Assembly (NCBI GenBank): GCA_030390025.1
Contig: CM059432.1
Location: 69,814,001-69,878,000 of the forward strand
Direction: 5' to 3'
DNA: 64,000 bases
DNA from: Squalus acanthias
Taxonomy: Eukaryota
Part shown: positions 24,545 through 37,350 of the stretch, in pieces
Numbering within the stretch: position 1 is the stretch's first letter
How the letters are laid out: every line of letters starts with the position of its first letter
Translations under genes and position numbers: made by a program
Notes under the pieces: generated by a model
Database searches by the model: none
The model's input: the letters and a program-made list of their open reading frames with translations, nothing else
What the model was told of the DNA's origin: nothing

Positions 24545-27500
24545 TAGAAACATAGAAAAATAGGAGCAGGAGTAGGCCATTCGGCCCTTCGAGCCTGCTC
24601 CACCATTCAATATGATCATGGCTGATCCACTATCTCAATACCATATTCCCGCTCTCTCCCCATACCCCTTGATGCCTTTTGTGCCTAGAAATCTATCTAT
24701 CTCCTTCTTAAATATATTCAGTGACTTGGCCTCCACAGCTGTCTGTGGTAGAGAATTCCACAGGTTCACCACCCTCTGAGTGAAGAAATTTCTCCTCATC
24801 TCAGTCCTAAATGTCCTACCCCTAATCCTTAGACTGTGACCCCTCGTTCTAGACCCCCAGCCAGGGGAAACATCCTCCCTGCATCCAGTCTGTCTAGCCC
24901 TGTCAGAATTTTATACGTTTCAATGAGATCCTCTCTCATTCTTCTAAACGCTAGTGAATACAGGCCTAGTCGACCCAATCTCTCCTCATACGACAGTCCT
25001 GCCATCCCAGGAATCAGTCTGGTGAACCTTCGCTGCACTCCCTCTATGGCAAATGCATCCTTTCTTAGGTAAGGAGACCAAAACTGCACACAGTACTCCA
25101 GGTGTGGTCTCACCAAGGCCCTGTGTAGTAAGACATCCTTGCTCCTGTACTCAAATCCTCTTGCAATGAAGGCCAACATACCATTTGCCTTCCTAACTGC
25201 TTGCTGCATCTGCATGTTTGCTTTCAGTGACTGGTGTACAAGGACACCCAGGTCCCTTTGTACATCAGCATTTCCCAATCTATCACCATTTAAATAATAA
25301 TCTGCCTTTCTGTTTTTCCTACCAAAGTGGATAACTTCACATTTATCCACGTTATGCTGCATCTGCCATGCATTTGCCCACTCACTCAACTTGTCTAAAT
25401 CGCCTTGAAGCCTCTTTGCATCCTCCTCACAACTCACAATCCCACCTAGTTTTGTGTTGTCAGCAAACTTGGAAATATTACATTTGGTTCCCTCATCCAA
25501 ATCCTTGATATATATTGTGAATAGCTGGGGCCCAAGCACTGATCCCTGCGGTACCCCACTAGTCACCGCCTGCCACCCCGAAAAAGACCCATTTAATCCT
25601 ACTCTCTGTTTCCTGTCTGTTAACCAATTTTCAATCCATACCAGTGAATTACCCCCAATCCCATGTGCTTTAATTTTGCACACTAACCTCTCATGTGGGA
25701 TTTTATCAAAGGCCTTGTGAAAATCCAAATACACCATATCCACTGGTTCTCCCTTATCTATTCTACCAGTTACACCCTCAAAAAAACTCCAGTAGGTTTG
25801 TCAAACACGATTTCCTTTTCATAAATCCATGTTGACTTTGTCTAATCCCGATTTCTAAGTGTCCTGTTATCACATCCTTTATAATAGACTCTAGCATTTT
25901 CCCTACTACTGATGTTAGGCTAACCGGTTTGCAGTTCCCGGTTTTCTCTCTCCCTCCTTTTTTAAATAGTGGAGTTACATTTGCCATCCTCCAATCTGCA
26001 AGAATTGTTCCATAATCTACAGAATTTTGGAAGATGACAAGCAATGCATCCATTATTTCCATGGCTACCTCTTTTAGTACTCTGGGATGCAGATTATCAG
26101 GCCCTGGGGATCTATCAGCTTTCAGTCCCATTAATTTCTCCAGCACTATTTTTTTACGAATATTAATTTCCTTTAATTCCTCCTTCTCACTAGACCCTTG
26201 GTTCCCTAGCATTTCTGGGAAGTTATTTGTGTCCTCTTCTGTGAAGACAGAACCAAAGTATTTGTTTAATTGCTCTGCCATTTCCTTGTTCCCCATTACA
26301 AATTCTCCCGTTTCTAACTGAAAGGGACCTACATTTGTCTTCACTAATTTTTTTTTTATACTTGTAGAAGCTTTTACAATCCACTTTTATGTTCCTTGCA
26401 AGTTTACTCTCATACTCTATTTTTCCCCTCTTAATCAATCTCTTGGTCCTTTTTTGCTGAATTCTAAACTGCTCCCAATCCTCAGGCTTGCTACTTTTTC
26501 TGGCAACTTTATATGACTCCTCTTTGGATCTAATACTATCCTTAATTTCTTTTGTTAGTCATGGTTGTGCCGCTTTTCCTTTTGTGTTTTTGCACCAGAA
26601 AGGAATGTATAACTGTTGCAATTCATGCATTCGTTCCTTAAATGTTAGCCATTGCCTATCCACCATCATGCCTTTTAATGAAGCTCCCCAATCTATCATA
26701 GCCAACTCACTCCTCATACCTTCATAGTTTCCTTTGTTTAGATTTAGGACCCTAGTTTCAGATTGGACTTCTTCACTTTCGATCTTAATGAAGAATTCTA
26801 TCGTATTATGGTCACTCTTCCCTAAAGGACCCCGCACATCAAGATTATTAATTAACCCCTTCTCATTGCACAATACCCAATCTAGGATAGCCTGTTCCCT
26901 AGTTGGCTCCTCAATGTACTGGTCTAAAAAACCATCTCGTATACACTCCAGGAATTCATCCTCCACAGTATTATTGCTAATTTGGTTTGGCCAGTCTATA
27001 TGTAGATTAAAGTCACCCATGATTACTGTAGTACCCTTGTTACATGCATCTCTAATTTCCTGTTTGATACCATCCCCTACATTACCACTACTGTTTAGAG
27101 GCCTATAGACAACTCCCACCAATGTTTTCTGCCCCTTGGTGCTTCTTAGCTCCACCCAGACTGATTCTACATCTTGATTTTTCTGAGCCAAGATCCTTTC
27201 TCACTATTGTTCTGATTTCATCCTTTACTAACAACGCCACCCCACCTCCTTTTCCTTTTTGCCTGTCCTTCCTAAATATCAAATATCCTTGGATATACAG
27301 CTCCCAGCCTTGGTCACCCTGCAGCCATGTCTCCGTAATCACAATTATATCGTATCCGTTTGCATCTATTTGCGCTGTTAATTCGTCTACCTTATTACGA
27401 ATGCTTCGTGCATTCAGATACAGTGCCTTTAGATTTGTCTTTTTAACATTTTTAGACATCTTAACATTTTTTTGTACTATGGCCCTATTTGTCTTACCAT

Positions 27501-28985
27501 TTTTTCTTCCCCGGACCCTATTTGTTAGTGCACTCCTTTGTTTGTACATTCTGACCCTTCCTGACACAATCTGGTTATCCTTACCCCAATCACTTTCCTG
27601 CACTGCTTCCTTGTCTTTTCTCTTTAGCATTCTAGATCTCTCTCCACCGGGACCCTCCCCCCCTTATTTAGTTTAAAGCCCTATCTACCTCCCTAGTTAT
27701 TCAATTCGCTAGAACTCTGGTCCCAGCATGTTTCAGAATTAGTCCATCCCAACGGAACAGCTCTCTCTTTCCCAGTACTGGTGCCACTGCCCCACGAATC
27801 GAAACCCACTTCTCACCACTCCAATCTTTGATCAACGCATTCATCTCCCTGATCCTATTGACCCTATGCCAATTTGCTCGTGGCTCCGGTCATAATCCAG
27901 AGATTATGACCTTTGTGGTTCTGCATTTTAATTTAGTCCCTAGCTGCTCAAACTCTCTCAGCAGAACCTCTTTCTTTGTCCTACCTATGTCGTTGGTACC
28001 TACGTGGACCACGACAACTGGATCCTCCCCCTCCCACTCCAAGTTCGTCTCCAGCCCGGAGGAGATGTCCTTTACCCTACCCTGGCACTGGGTAGGCAAC
28101 ATAGCCTTCGGGACTCACGCTCATGGCTGCAGAGAACAGTGTCTATCCCCCTAACTATATTGTCGCCTACTACAACCACCTTCCTTTTTACTCCCCCCAC
28201 TTGAATGGCTTCCTGTACCACGGTGCCGTGGTCAGTTTGCTCGTCCTCCCCGCCGTCCCCGCACTTGTCCACAAGGTTTGCAAGAACCTCAAATCTATTG
28301 GACAAGTGCAGGGACTGAGGCTCCTGCAATACTACCTCCTGGATCCCCGTACCTGCCTCACTCACAGTCACACCCTCCTGTCCCTGACCACGTGTCAATT
28401 CTAAAGTATTTAATCTAAGGGGTGTGGCTGCCTCTTGGAGCAAAAGGTCCAGGTAACTTTCTCCCTCCCTGATGTCTCGCAATGTCTGCAGCTCGGACTC
28501 CAGCTCCTCAACTCGGAGCCGAAGTTCCACTTACCGCAGATGTAGTCACCCTGGACAAAAATGTCCACAAGCTCCCACATATTGCAGCAGCAACACATCT
28601 CCTGTTCTCCCATTATTTTATATATTTAATTAATTAGTTTAGTGTTAATCAAATTATTTACCTTGTTTAGTTTATTAAATTTATTAAATTAAGTTTAGTT
28701 TTTAAAAATTTAGTTACATGTTATATGTTAACTTAAAACTTAGCCCACAGTCACTACCAATCACTTACCTGCCTTACCTGTGACGTCACACTGCCGTTTT
28801 CTCTTGTTGATGCAGGTCTGCTGCTGCTTTTATCCCCACTCTCGGGCCTCGGTCTGCTCACGCTCAGGTCCGCCGCCGTTCTGCCGAAGAAGTTAGGAAA
28901 AGCAAGCACCTCCTTCCTCCACTTCACCGAACCCCACACTTACCAAACTCCCAGTTGTTCACTCTGTGCCAAGCTGCATTCCGAT
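24545..28985 (-). mobile_element. Near full-length CR1 LINE (5' UTR; ORF1 with Cys-rich region, coiled coil and SGNH-esterase; ORF2 APE+RT), frameshifted
   Basis: ORF1 pieces CCCCNMWEL...YICGK, LRLRVEELESEL, VVVGD.IVRG and VVVHVGTNDIG. ORF2 has YLNARSIRNK, MGDFN, KSDH and GVPQGSVLGP. TTCTATGT-type tail. Host Harbinger sequence is continuous across the junctions (compare 32440-32470). Confidence 0.93.
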
Positions 28986-29489
28986 TACATGCAGTGTCAG
29001 TTTCTGAGCTGGTGTCTGCGAGTGACAGATACAGTGATGTTGTGTCTTTTTCTCCCCCCTCGCTCTCCTCCATCGCCTCAGGGACAGGCTGCTCGGGTGC
29101 TTGGTCTTGATTATCTGATAGCAGAAAGGTGCAAGAGTCGGGTTATGGTGAGGGGAGGAGGGGTGGAACACAAGATATGCATGCATACAGCATCAGCAGC
29201 TTGAAAGTGAGAAGAGACTGTGGGATGAGGGGGAAGTGGGATGTGAGAAGAAGGATTAGGAATGATCATACCATTGTTGACCCCAAGGGCTTCAACCTCG
29301 CCGGTTGTCACGGCCTCCATGACTTGCCACCCGATGATTTTCAGCACTCTCTCCTCCAGCTGGCTAAGGTCTTGCATGGCAGCTTTATGAATGTTTTATA
29401 ACTTCATTGTTAATACTATTTTTCAAGTGCAATGTTCTTAACTTATACATTTTAAGAGCTATCTAACTGTATTGTTACCCATAATTTAG

Positions 29490-29644
29490 TTGTGGAATAC
29501 AGTGTTCACATATATACTGGAGATAAAGCGAACGCAGGTGCTGTTGGAACAGTTTTCATCATCGCCCATGGGGACAAAGGAGACTCTGGAGAACAGTGGC
29601 TGACAAAATCTAATTCAGAAATTGTTACTTTTGATAAAGGGAAG
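29490..29644 (+). CDS. Internal exon E, N-half of PLAT domain
   Basis: TAG acceptor ending at 29489 and GTAAG donor at 29645; 155 nt and phase 1-0, like exon A. Reads (V)VEYSVHIYTGDKANAGAVGTVFIIAHGDKGDSGEQWLTKSNSEIVTFDKGK. Confidence 0.9.
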
Positions 29645-30402
29645 GTAAGTTTGAGTAGATGAAGTTCTTCGCATTCTGGTTATGATGATACGGGTGTTAC
29701 CTTTTTTTTGCTTGCATTAAACAAATTAATTTTTGAAAAGTTGTGCAATTTCTGCTGACACGTTCAATTTTCATCACAAGACCAACAATTATGTAATTTT
29801 CTTTCACTTTTGATTGTATTGTAAAACTTGCATGAGTATTGATTTAGCTACACATAACTAAATGCAAAAGACTGAAGTTAGTTAATAAATAGATTTTATT
29901 CAGTGTCCTTTAAAATTATGTATGCAGAATTATGAATGAACTGTAGATTCAGCCTCCTTCTTTGTAATTCTTACTAATGCTTCGGTTCTATGTAGGGTAA
30001 CTGAGCCTACTCTTCCGTCTAGAGTGGTTTCTCCCACATAATAAACATGATAAAGCATTGAAAAATGCAGTTTTACCCATGCTCCTTAGATGGAACTGCT
30101 CTGCATGTATTATTGAACAGCTTCAACTATTCTAATGAGCACACTACTGCCATTAAAGGATGAAAAACATGCTAAAGTAGTCAAGTAAAGTAACATCTAA
30201 AAATCTCTTCTCTGATTCCACAATTATGAGGAAAAATAGGACTTGAAGCAAAATTAATGGTTATGCCACACACAATTAGTTATTTTTTGATTGCAACATA
30301 TTTTACATAAATATTTTACAAAAATGTGCTGCAAATTTGCCACAGAATTCTATCGTTTCTTGCTGCAGAGTTCCATCTTTGGATCCATTGGCTTAACATT
30401 AC

Positions 30403-30593
30403 TTTTTGAGGACAATGCTCTTCAATTGCACATTTTAACAGTTAGCTAACTGTATTTAACCCATAATATAGTTGTGGAATATAGCATTCACATATATACT
30501 GGAGATATAGTGAATGCAGGTACACTTAGAAATGTTTTCATTAATATCCATGAAGACAAAGAAGTTCTTCATATAGAAAGTTCCCAAGTTTAA
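30403..30593 (+). pseudogene. Degenerate tandem duplicate of exon E with its acceptor region (pseudo-exon)
   Basis: About 30403-30560 aligns with about 29430-29580. AG retained at 30470-30471. Reads VEYSIHIYTGDIVNAGTLRNVFINIHEDK, then lacks the exon 3' end and donor; TAA at 30591-30593. Confidence 0.8.
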
Positions 30594-31168
30594 CCATTCC
30601 AACAGAGCAAAGGGCCCCATGGCGGCCAACTGCATCCTTACACGGAGGGATGTCATATTGGGGGATGGTTTACCTTTGGCCACTCAAATGACTTGGCAAG
30701 CTGAAGGGACATGGCTGTCTATGCTTTTAGCAACAGAGTATTATTGGTACAGAGAGACTTAAAGAAAGGGAGAAAAAATAAATACAAATATTTTTTTTTA
30801 AATGGAGAGGATTTGTCAAAAGGAATATAAAACAGCTTAAAAGAACTTGCTGTATTCTTCAGTGTGTTATCCCTGTATAATTTCCAAGTTTAAACCACCC
30901 CCGCAATTTTTGTCCTCTAGTATTACTGTGGATTTACTTAAAAGGTCACTTTGAATTAATTTTCCAAATTATCCATAAAAGCAAAGTTTTATCATTACAA
31001 GTGACATTTCAATTAGAGTTCTGAATGTCAATTGCATAAAATGCATATGATGCATGAATAATAAATGAATATTGTGATAAATTTGTTTTCAAAAGAAATT
31101 GATCAACTCAAATTCTATTGACTTCAGAAATGATGGGGTTAATGTAGATTTTATACATAGAAGAACAT

Positions 31169-33377
31169 GGGCTAAAAATTCTGGGGTTTAGCGCGACCCA
31201 TCATGCCAGATTCAGGGAAAAAATGGCAGCCGCCACACTTCTGCCTGCTGCTGGCGAGTACCGTGGCGGCCGCCATTTTCGGGTGGCCAACAGTGCTGCC
31301 GATGTTGGTGCTCGCCAAAATTATGTAGATGATGCAGATCATGATGTCGGTGAGTGTGCAATGCTCACTTGACGCCCGATCTGTGAGTTTCGACTTCGTC
31401 ACTCCACTTACCGGCATGCCTTAAGTGCGACCAGCTGAGCAAACATTGAGAAGCAGGAAGGAGGCTCCAGCAGCGGTATTTAAAGGGATCATCGGCAACA
31501 ACTTGCACCTGACATGTTTCTGCAGTTTGACTGGCTCTGTGCAACGTTTTGCAACTCCAGCAGCTTTATTAACATCTTTCAAGGTTCTAAGGTGACGGGA
31601 GTGTTGTTGCAAGTGGAGAACGCCTTCATTCATATTTAAAGGCTTCTGCTCACAACACTTGCTCACAGTCATGGGGGCTCTACTGGCAGCCCCCTCATGC
31701 TTGAGTATCTTACAGAAAGGGAATGGAAGCAGCGAAGGAGACGAGAAAATGCGCGCAGAGTGAGGAGGAGGAGGGCCACTAGCCTCTCAACAGGAGACCT
31801 TATCCACCTAGGGTCTTCCGAAAGCACTTCTCTTATCTCCACTTAAGCCAGGAGCAGTGTATTCGGAGGCTCCACTTCACCAAGGAGGTGGTCACAGAAC
31901 TCTGCCACCTCCTGCAACCAGACCTGCAGCCTGAGAACAGGGCGACCACAGCTCTCCCAGTGGCAGTCAAGGTCACGTGGCCCTCAATTTCTTCGCCAGC
32001 AGATCCTTCCCGTCTGCATCAGCAGACATAGCTAACATCTCCAAGTTCGCCGTCCAACGCTGCCTCCGGGAGGTCACTGAGACTCTCTCCACCAGGAAAA
32101 GGGACTACGTTTGTTTCTTTCTGAGTAGTTTCCAGCCTGGAAATCCTGGGCTCCAAGCTCTGTGCAAAGCCCCATGTAATGCTGGAGGCAGACTCCTCCA
32201 TTCTCCTTGACATTGCCAAGAGGCTCTCTGGCAGGCTTGCCATTGAAACCAGCAATTTGGTGTGTCACACTTCTTCTGAAGGCCGCCCCATTAAGGTCCT
32301 GACCTGAGTACTGTGCAGTAGAACTCGCGAGCGAACTCGCCCTCTGAGGAGCTGGCCCCTGAGCTACCCTTTTCCCCTGGCCATGCTGCAGCCCACTCGT
32401 GCCCGGTGCCTCACCCTGTGCAGATCCCACTTCTACACTAGCCTCTAAAGTACGTGCTGTGCCAGTTTCTGAGCTGGTGTCTGCGAGTGACAGAAGCAAT
32501 GATGCTGTGTCTTCTTCTTCCCACTCGCTCTCCTCCATCACCTCGAGGACGGGCTGGTGCTTGTTCTTGATTATCTGAAAGCAGAAAGGCACAAGAGGCA
32601 GGTTATGGTGTGGGGAGGGGGGAGGTAAGCTTGAAAGTGAGTAAAGATTGTGGGATGAGGGGGAAGTGGAATGTGAGAATAAGGATTAAGAATGAGCATA
32701 CCATTGTTGTCCCCATGGGCTTCAACCTCAACAGTTGCCACGACCTCCATGATCTGCTGCCCATTTATCTCCAGCAGTCTCTCCTCCAGTTAGCTGAGGT
32801 CCTGGCTGGCAGCTTGCCCCGTCTGCCACTGCTCCCTCCTGTTATGCGTGATCTTGGCCTGCAAGAGAAAGGGAAATGTGTGGTGCAATGTTTTTGGGTG
32901 ATGTGTCTTCCATAGTTGAATAGCTGTCAGGGTGTGCAAAGTGTGAGATGTGGCTGTGAGTGTTGCAGCAGTGGTAAGGTTGTGAGTGTTAAGTGAAGCT
33001 ATGATTGTGAGTTCTGAGTGGTGATAGGTAGAGATTGTTGCTAGGTGAGTGATGGGGGTGTGGTGCATTGAGCAGTGTGTGAGGCTTGTGGTGCAGATAG
33101 TCGGATATGGCATTTGCTGAAGCCTTCACTCACTTTGACCTGCCGTGTGAGGTCAATAAACTTCTTGCGGCACTGGCTCACCGACCTGGGGACCACAGTG
33201 CTGGCTGTCACATAGGCGGCTATCTCCTGCCAGAGCCTTCGAGATGTATGGGGCGCGAGCTTTGTGCCAGTCTGTAGGAAGAGCACAGCCCACCTCCTCT
33301 CCACGGCAACCACCAGTGCCTCAAGAGCCGCGTCTGAGAATTTTCAGTCTCTCTCCCTGTGCTGGAGCTCTGCCATC
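31169..33377. mobile_element. PIF/Harbinger element with a central deletion: transposase 5' half (+, 31671 to about 32127) fused to the Myb gene (-, ATG at 33376)
   Basis: TIR GGGCTAAAAATTC. Transposase peptides MGALLA and ALNFFAS.SF. Myb exon 1 MAELQHRERD*KFSDAALEALVVAVERR...WQEIAA...QCRKKF.DLTR.VK|GT; exon 2 AKITHNRREQ. Confidence 0.88.
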
Positions 33378-36300
33378 GGGAACGGTAGCATAGTGGTTAT
33401 GTTACTGGACTAGTAATCCAGAGGCCTGGACTAATGATCCAGGGACGTGAGTTGAAATCCCAACACGGCAGCTGGGGAATTTAAATTCAGTTAATTAAAT
33501 AAATCTGGAATAAAAAAGCTAGTATCAGTAATGGTGACCATGAAACTATCGGATTGTCATAAAAACCCATCTGGTTCACTAATGGCCTTTAGGGAAGGAA
33601 ATCTGCTGTCCCTACCTGGTCTGGCCTATATGTGACTCCAGACACACAACAATGTCGTTGACTCTTAACTGCCCTCTGAAATGGCCTAGCAAGCCACTCA
33701 GTTGTACACAACCGCTATGAAAAACAATAATATGAATAAAACCGAATGGACCACCCGGCATCGACCTCGGCACCAGCTTTGAACACAATGGCACACCCAG
33801 CCCAGTCAACCCTACAAAGTCCTCCTCACTAACATCTGGGGACTTGTGCCAAAATTGGGAGAGCTGTCCCACAGACTAGTCAAGCAACAGCCTCACATAG
33901 TCATATTCACGGAATCATACCTTTCAGCCAATGTCTCAGATTCCTCATCACCATCCCTGGGTATGTCCTGTTCCATCGGCAGGACAGACCCACCAGGGGT
34001 GGCAGCACAGTGGTATACAGTCGGGAGGGAGTGGCCCTGGGAGTCCTCAACATTCTACACCCCAGGAAGTCTCATGGCTTCAGGTCAAGCACGGGCAAGG
34101 AAACCTCCTGCTGACTACCATCTACCAGCCCTCCCTCAGCTGATGAATCAGTACTCCTCCATGTTGAACACCACTTGGAAGAAGCACTGAGAGTAGCAAG
34201 GGCACAGAATGTACTCTGATGTGTCATCACCAAGACTGGCTCAGTAGCACCACTACTGACCGAGCTGGCCGAGTCCTGAAGGACATAGCAGCTAGACTGG
34301 GCCTGCGGCAGGTGGTGAGAGAACCAACACGAGGGAAAAACCTACTTGACCTTGTCCTCACCAATCTACCAGTTGCAGATGCATCTGTCCATGACAGCAT
34401 TGGTAGCAGTGACCACTGCACTGTCCTTGTGGAGACGAAATCTCATCTTCACACTGAAGACACCCTCCATCGTGTTGTGTGGCACAACCACCATGCTAAA
34501 TGGGATAGATTCAGAACAGATCTAGTAGCTCAAAACTGGGCATCCATGAGGCGCTGTTGGCCATCAGCAGCAGCAGAATTGTATTCCACCACAATCTGTA
34601 ACCTCATGGCCCGGCATATCCCTCACTCTACCATTACTATCAAGCCAGGGGACCAACCCTGGTTCAATGAGGAGTGTAGAAGAGCATGCCAGGAGCAGCA
34701 CCAGGCGTACCTAAAAATGAGGCCAACATTGGGAAGCTGCAACACAGGACTACATGCATGCTAAACAGCGGAAACAGCGTGCTATAGACAGGGCAAAGCG
34801 ATCCCACAATCAACAGATCAGATCAAAGCTCTGCAGTCCTGCCACATCCAGTCGTGAATGGTAGTGGACAATTAAACAATTAACAGAAGGAGCAGGCTCC
34901 ATGAATATCCCCATCCTCAATGATGGCGGAGCCCAGCACGCGAGTGCAACAGACAAGGCTGAGGCGTTTGCAACCATTTTCAACCAGAAGTGCCGAGTGG
35001 ATGATTCATATCGGCCTCCTCCTGATGTCCCCACCATCACAGAAGCCAGTCTTCTGCCAGTTCGATTCACTCCACGTGATATCAAGCAACAGCTGAGCAC
35101 ACTAGATACAGCAAAGGCTATGGGCCCCGACAAATCCCGGCTGTTGTGCTGCAGACTTGTGCTCCAGAAGTAGCCGCGCCTCTAGCCAAGCTGTTCCAGT
35201 ACAGCGACAACACTGGCATCTACCCGACAATGTGGAAAACTGCCCAGGTATGTCCTGTCCACAAAAAACAGGACAAATCCAATCCGGCCAATTACGGCCC
35301 CATAAGTCTACTCTCAATCATCAGCAAAGTGATGGAAGGTGTCGTCGACAGTGCTATCAAGCTGCACTTACTCACCAATAACCTGCTCACCGATGTGCAG
35401 TTTGGGTTCTGCCGGGACCACTCGGCTGCACACCTCATTGCAGCCTTGGTCCAAACATGGACAAAAGAGCAGAATTCCAGAGGTGAGATCAGAGTGACTG
35501 CCCTTGACATCAAGGCAGCATTTGACCGAGTGTGGCATCAAGGAGCCGTAGTAAAATTGAAGTCAATGGGAATCAGGGGGGAAAATCTCTACTGGCTGGA
35601 GTCATACCTAAAACAAAGGAAAATGGTTGTAGTTGTTGGAGGTCAATCATCTCAGCCCCAGAACATCGCTGGAGGAGTTCCTCAGGGCAGTGTCCTGGGT
35701 CAAACCATCTTCAGCTGCTTCATCAATGACCTTCCCTCCAACAAAAGGTCAGAGGTGGGGATGTTCGCTGATGATTGCACAGTGTTCAGTTCCATTCGCA
35801 ACTCCTCAGATAATGAAGCAGTCCATGCCCGAATGCAGCAAGACTTGGACCACATTCAGACTTGGGCTGATAAGTAGCAAGTAACATTCACGCCACAGAA
35901 GTGCCAGGCAATGACTATCTCCAACAAGCGAGAGTCTAACCAACTACCCTTGACATTTAACGGCATTACCATCGCCGAATCCCCCACCATCAACATCCTG
36001 GGGGGTCACCATTGACCAGAAACTTAACTGGACCAGCCACATAAATATTGTGGCTACAAGAGCAGGTCAGAGGCTGGGTATTCTGCAGCGAGTGTCTCGC
36101 CTCCTGACTCCCCAAAGCCTTTCAACCATCTACAAGGCACAAGTCAGGAGTGTGATGGAATACTCTACACTTGCCTGGATGAATGCAGCTCCAACAACAC
36201 TCAAGAAGCTCGACACCATCCAGGACAAAGCAGCCAGCTTGATTGGCGCCCCATTCACTCCCTCCACCACCGGCACAACGTGTCTGCAGTGTGTACCATC

Positions 36301-36654
36301 TACAAGATGCACTGCAGCAACTCGCCAAGGCTTCTTCGGCAGCACCTCCCAAACCCGCGACCTCTACCACCTAGAAGGACAAGTGCAGCAGGCGCATGGG
36401 AACACCATCACCTGCAAGTTCCCCTCCAAGTTACATACCATTCCGACTTGGAAATATATCACCGTTCCTTCATCATCGCTGGGTCAAAATCCTGGAACTC
36501 CCTACCTAACAGCACTGTGGGATTACCTTCACCACAAGGACTGCACCGGTTCAAGAAGGCAGCACACCACCACCTTCTCAAGGGCAATTAGGGATGGGCA
36601 ATAAATGCTGGCCTTGCCAGCGATGCCCACATCCTGTGAACGAATAAAAAAAAA
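33378..36654 (+). mobile_element. EN-RT LINE-like element (CR1/L2/Jockey-group RT) with tRNA-derived 5' head and no visible ORF1; ORF decayed
   Basis: Head has A box TAGCATAGTGG and B box GAGTTGAAATCC. APE motifs TNIWGL, IFTESYL, EPTRG..LLDL and SDH; RT motifs LDIKAAFDRVWH, GVPQGSVLG and FADD. Ends in AATAAA and an A-run at about 36644-36654. Confidence 0.9.
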
Positions 36655-37229
36655 TCTGCTTCCACTACTGTCTGCTTCCGGGTGATGTTGGAACTGGATT
36701 GACAATGAGGTGCTGTAGCATAAATGCGTAAATGCCCTTTACGTACTGAATAAAGCCTGTGCCAAACATGACTGGGAATTAAGCTGGACTTGATATTGGG
36801 CCACCTGTTGAGCGGTAAGCCCATGAGCAATGGTTTTAGCGCTGGGATCAAGGCTATCATTATGTTAATGAGGACGTGGCACAAATTTTGCGTGCTGCCT
36901 AGACCATTTTGACCTGCCTCAGCTTAACATCATTGTGCCATGACACCACCCGTTTTAACTTTATTTTAATTGTGCAACATTTGAGAAAAATCTTTTAGGG
37001 ATGGTGCTGGTTCGTGGAACCACTCTACAGTGAAGAACTACTCAGGGAGAAATTAGCTCTCAGAGTATCTAAATTAGTACTGATGGTATTTGCGTAACAG
37101 CAGCCATCAGAATCTTGCAGTGACTTTATTTCCAACAGATACTTCAATTAACCAACTTCAACTTGTATTTTGTATAAACACACAGAATTAAAGAGTATTT
37201 ACACTGTTACTAATTTTCTGTACTTTCAG

Positions 37230-37308
37230 GTGGACACATTCAAATTCAGTGCAGTTTGCCTCGGGAAACTATACCATGTCATTATTGGATACAATAGCCA
37301 GAAAAAAG
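37230..37308 (+). CDS. Internal exon F, middle of PLAT domain
   Basis: TTTCAG acceptor ending at 37229 and GT donor at 37309. Reads VDTFKFSAVCLGKLYHVIIGYNSQKK; phase 0-1 fits both neighbours. Confidence 0.88.
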
Positions 37309-37350
37309 GTATTTCTAATCACAATCTTTTTAAGTCAGTTTGAAATCACA

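Larger units (their letters stand above)
19943..29390. mobile_element. Two-gene PIF/Harbinger element (right end lost) carrying nested LTR-like, MITE and CR1 insertions
   Basis: Left TIR GGACTAACAATTC. Transposase (+) 20356-23419, split at about 20620-22532. Myb partner (-) from about 29390 to 23590, split by a CR1 at about 24545-28985. Sister copy of the element at 31169. Confidence 0.88.

Noticed and set aside
33378..33470. Possible tRNA gene (also at 5794 and about 18070-18140)
   Set aside because: No proper acceptor stem, a doubled anticodon arm, and fusion to retroelement bodies: these are SINE/LINE heads.
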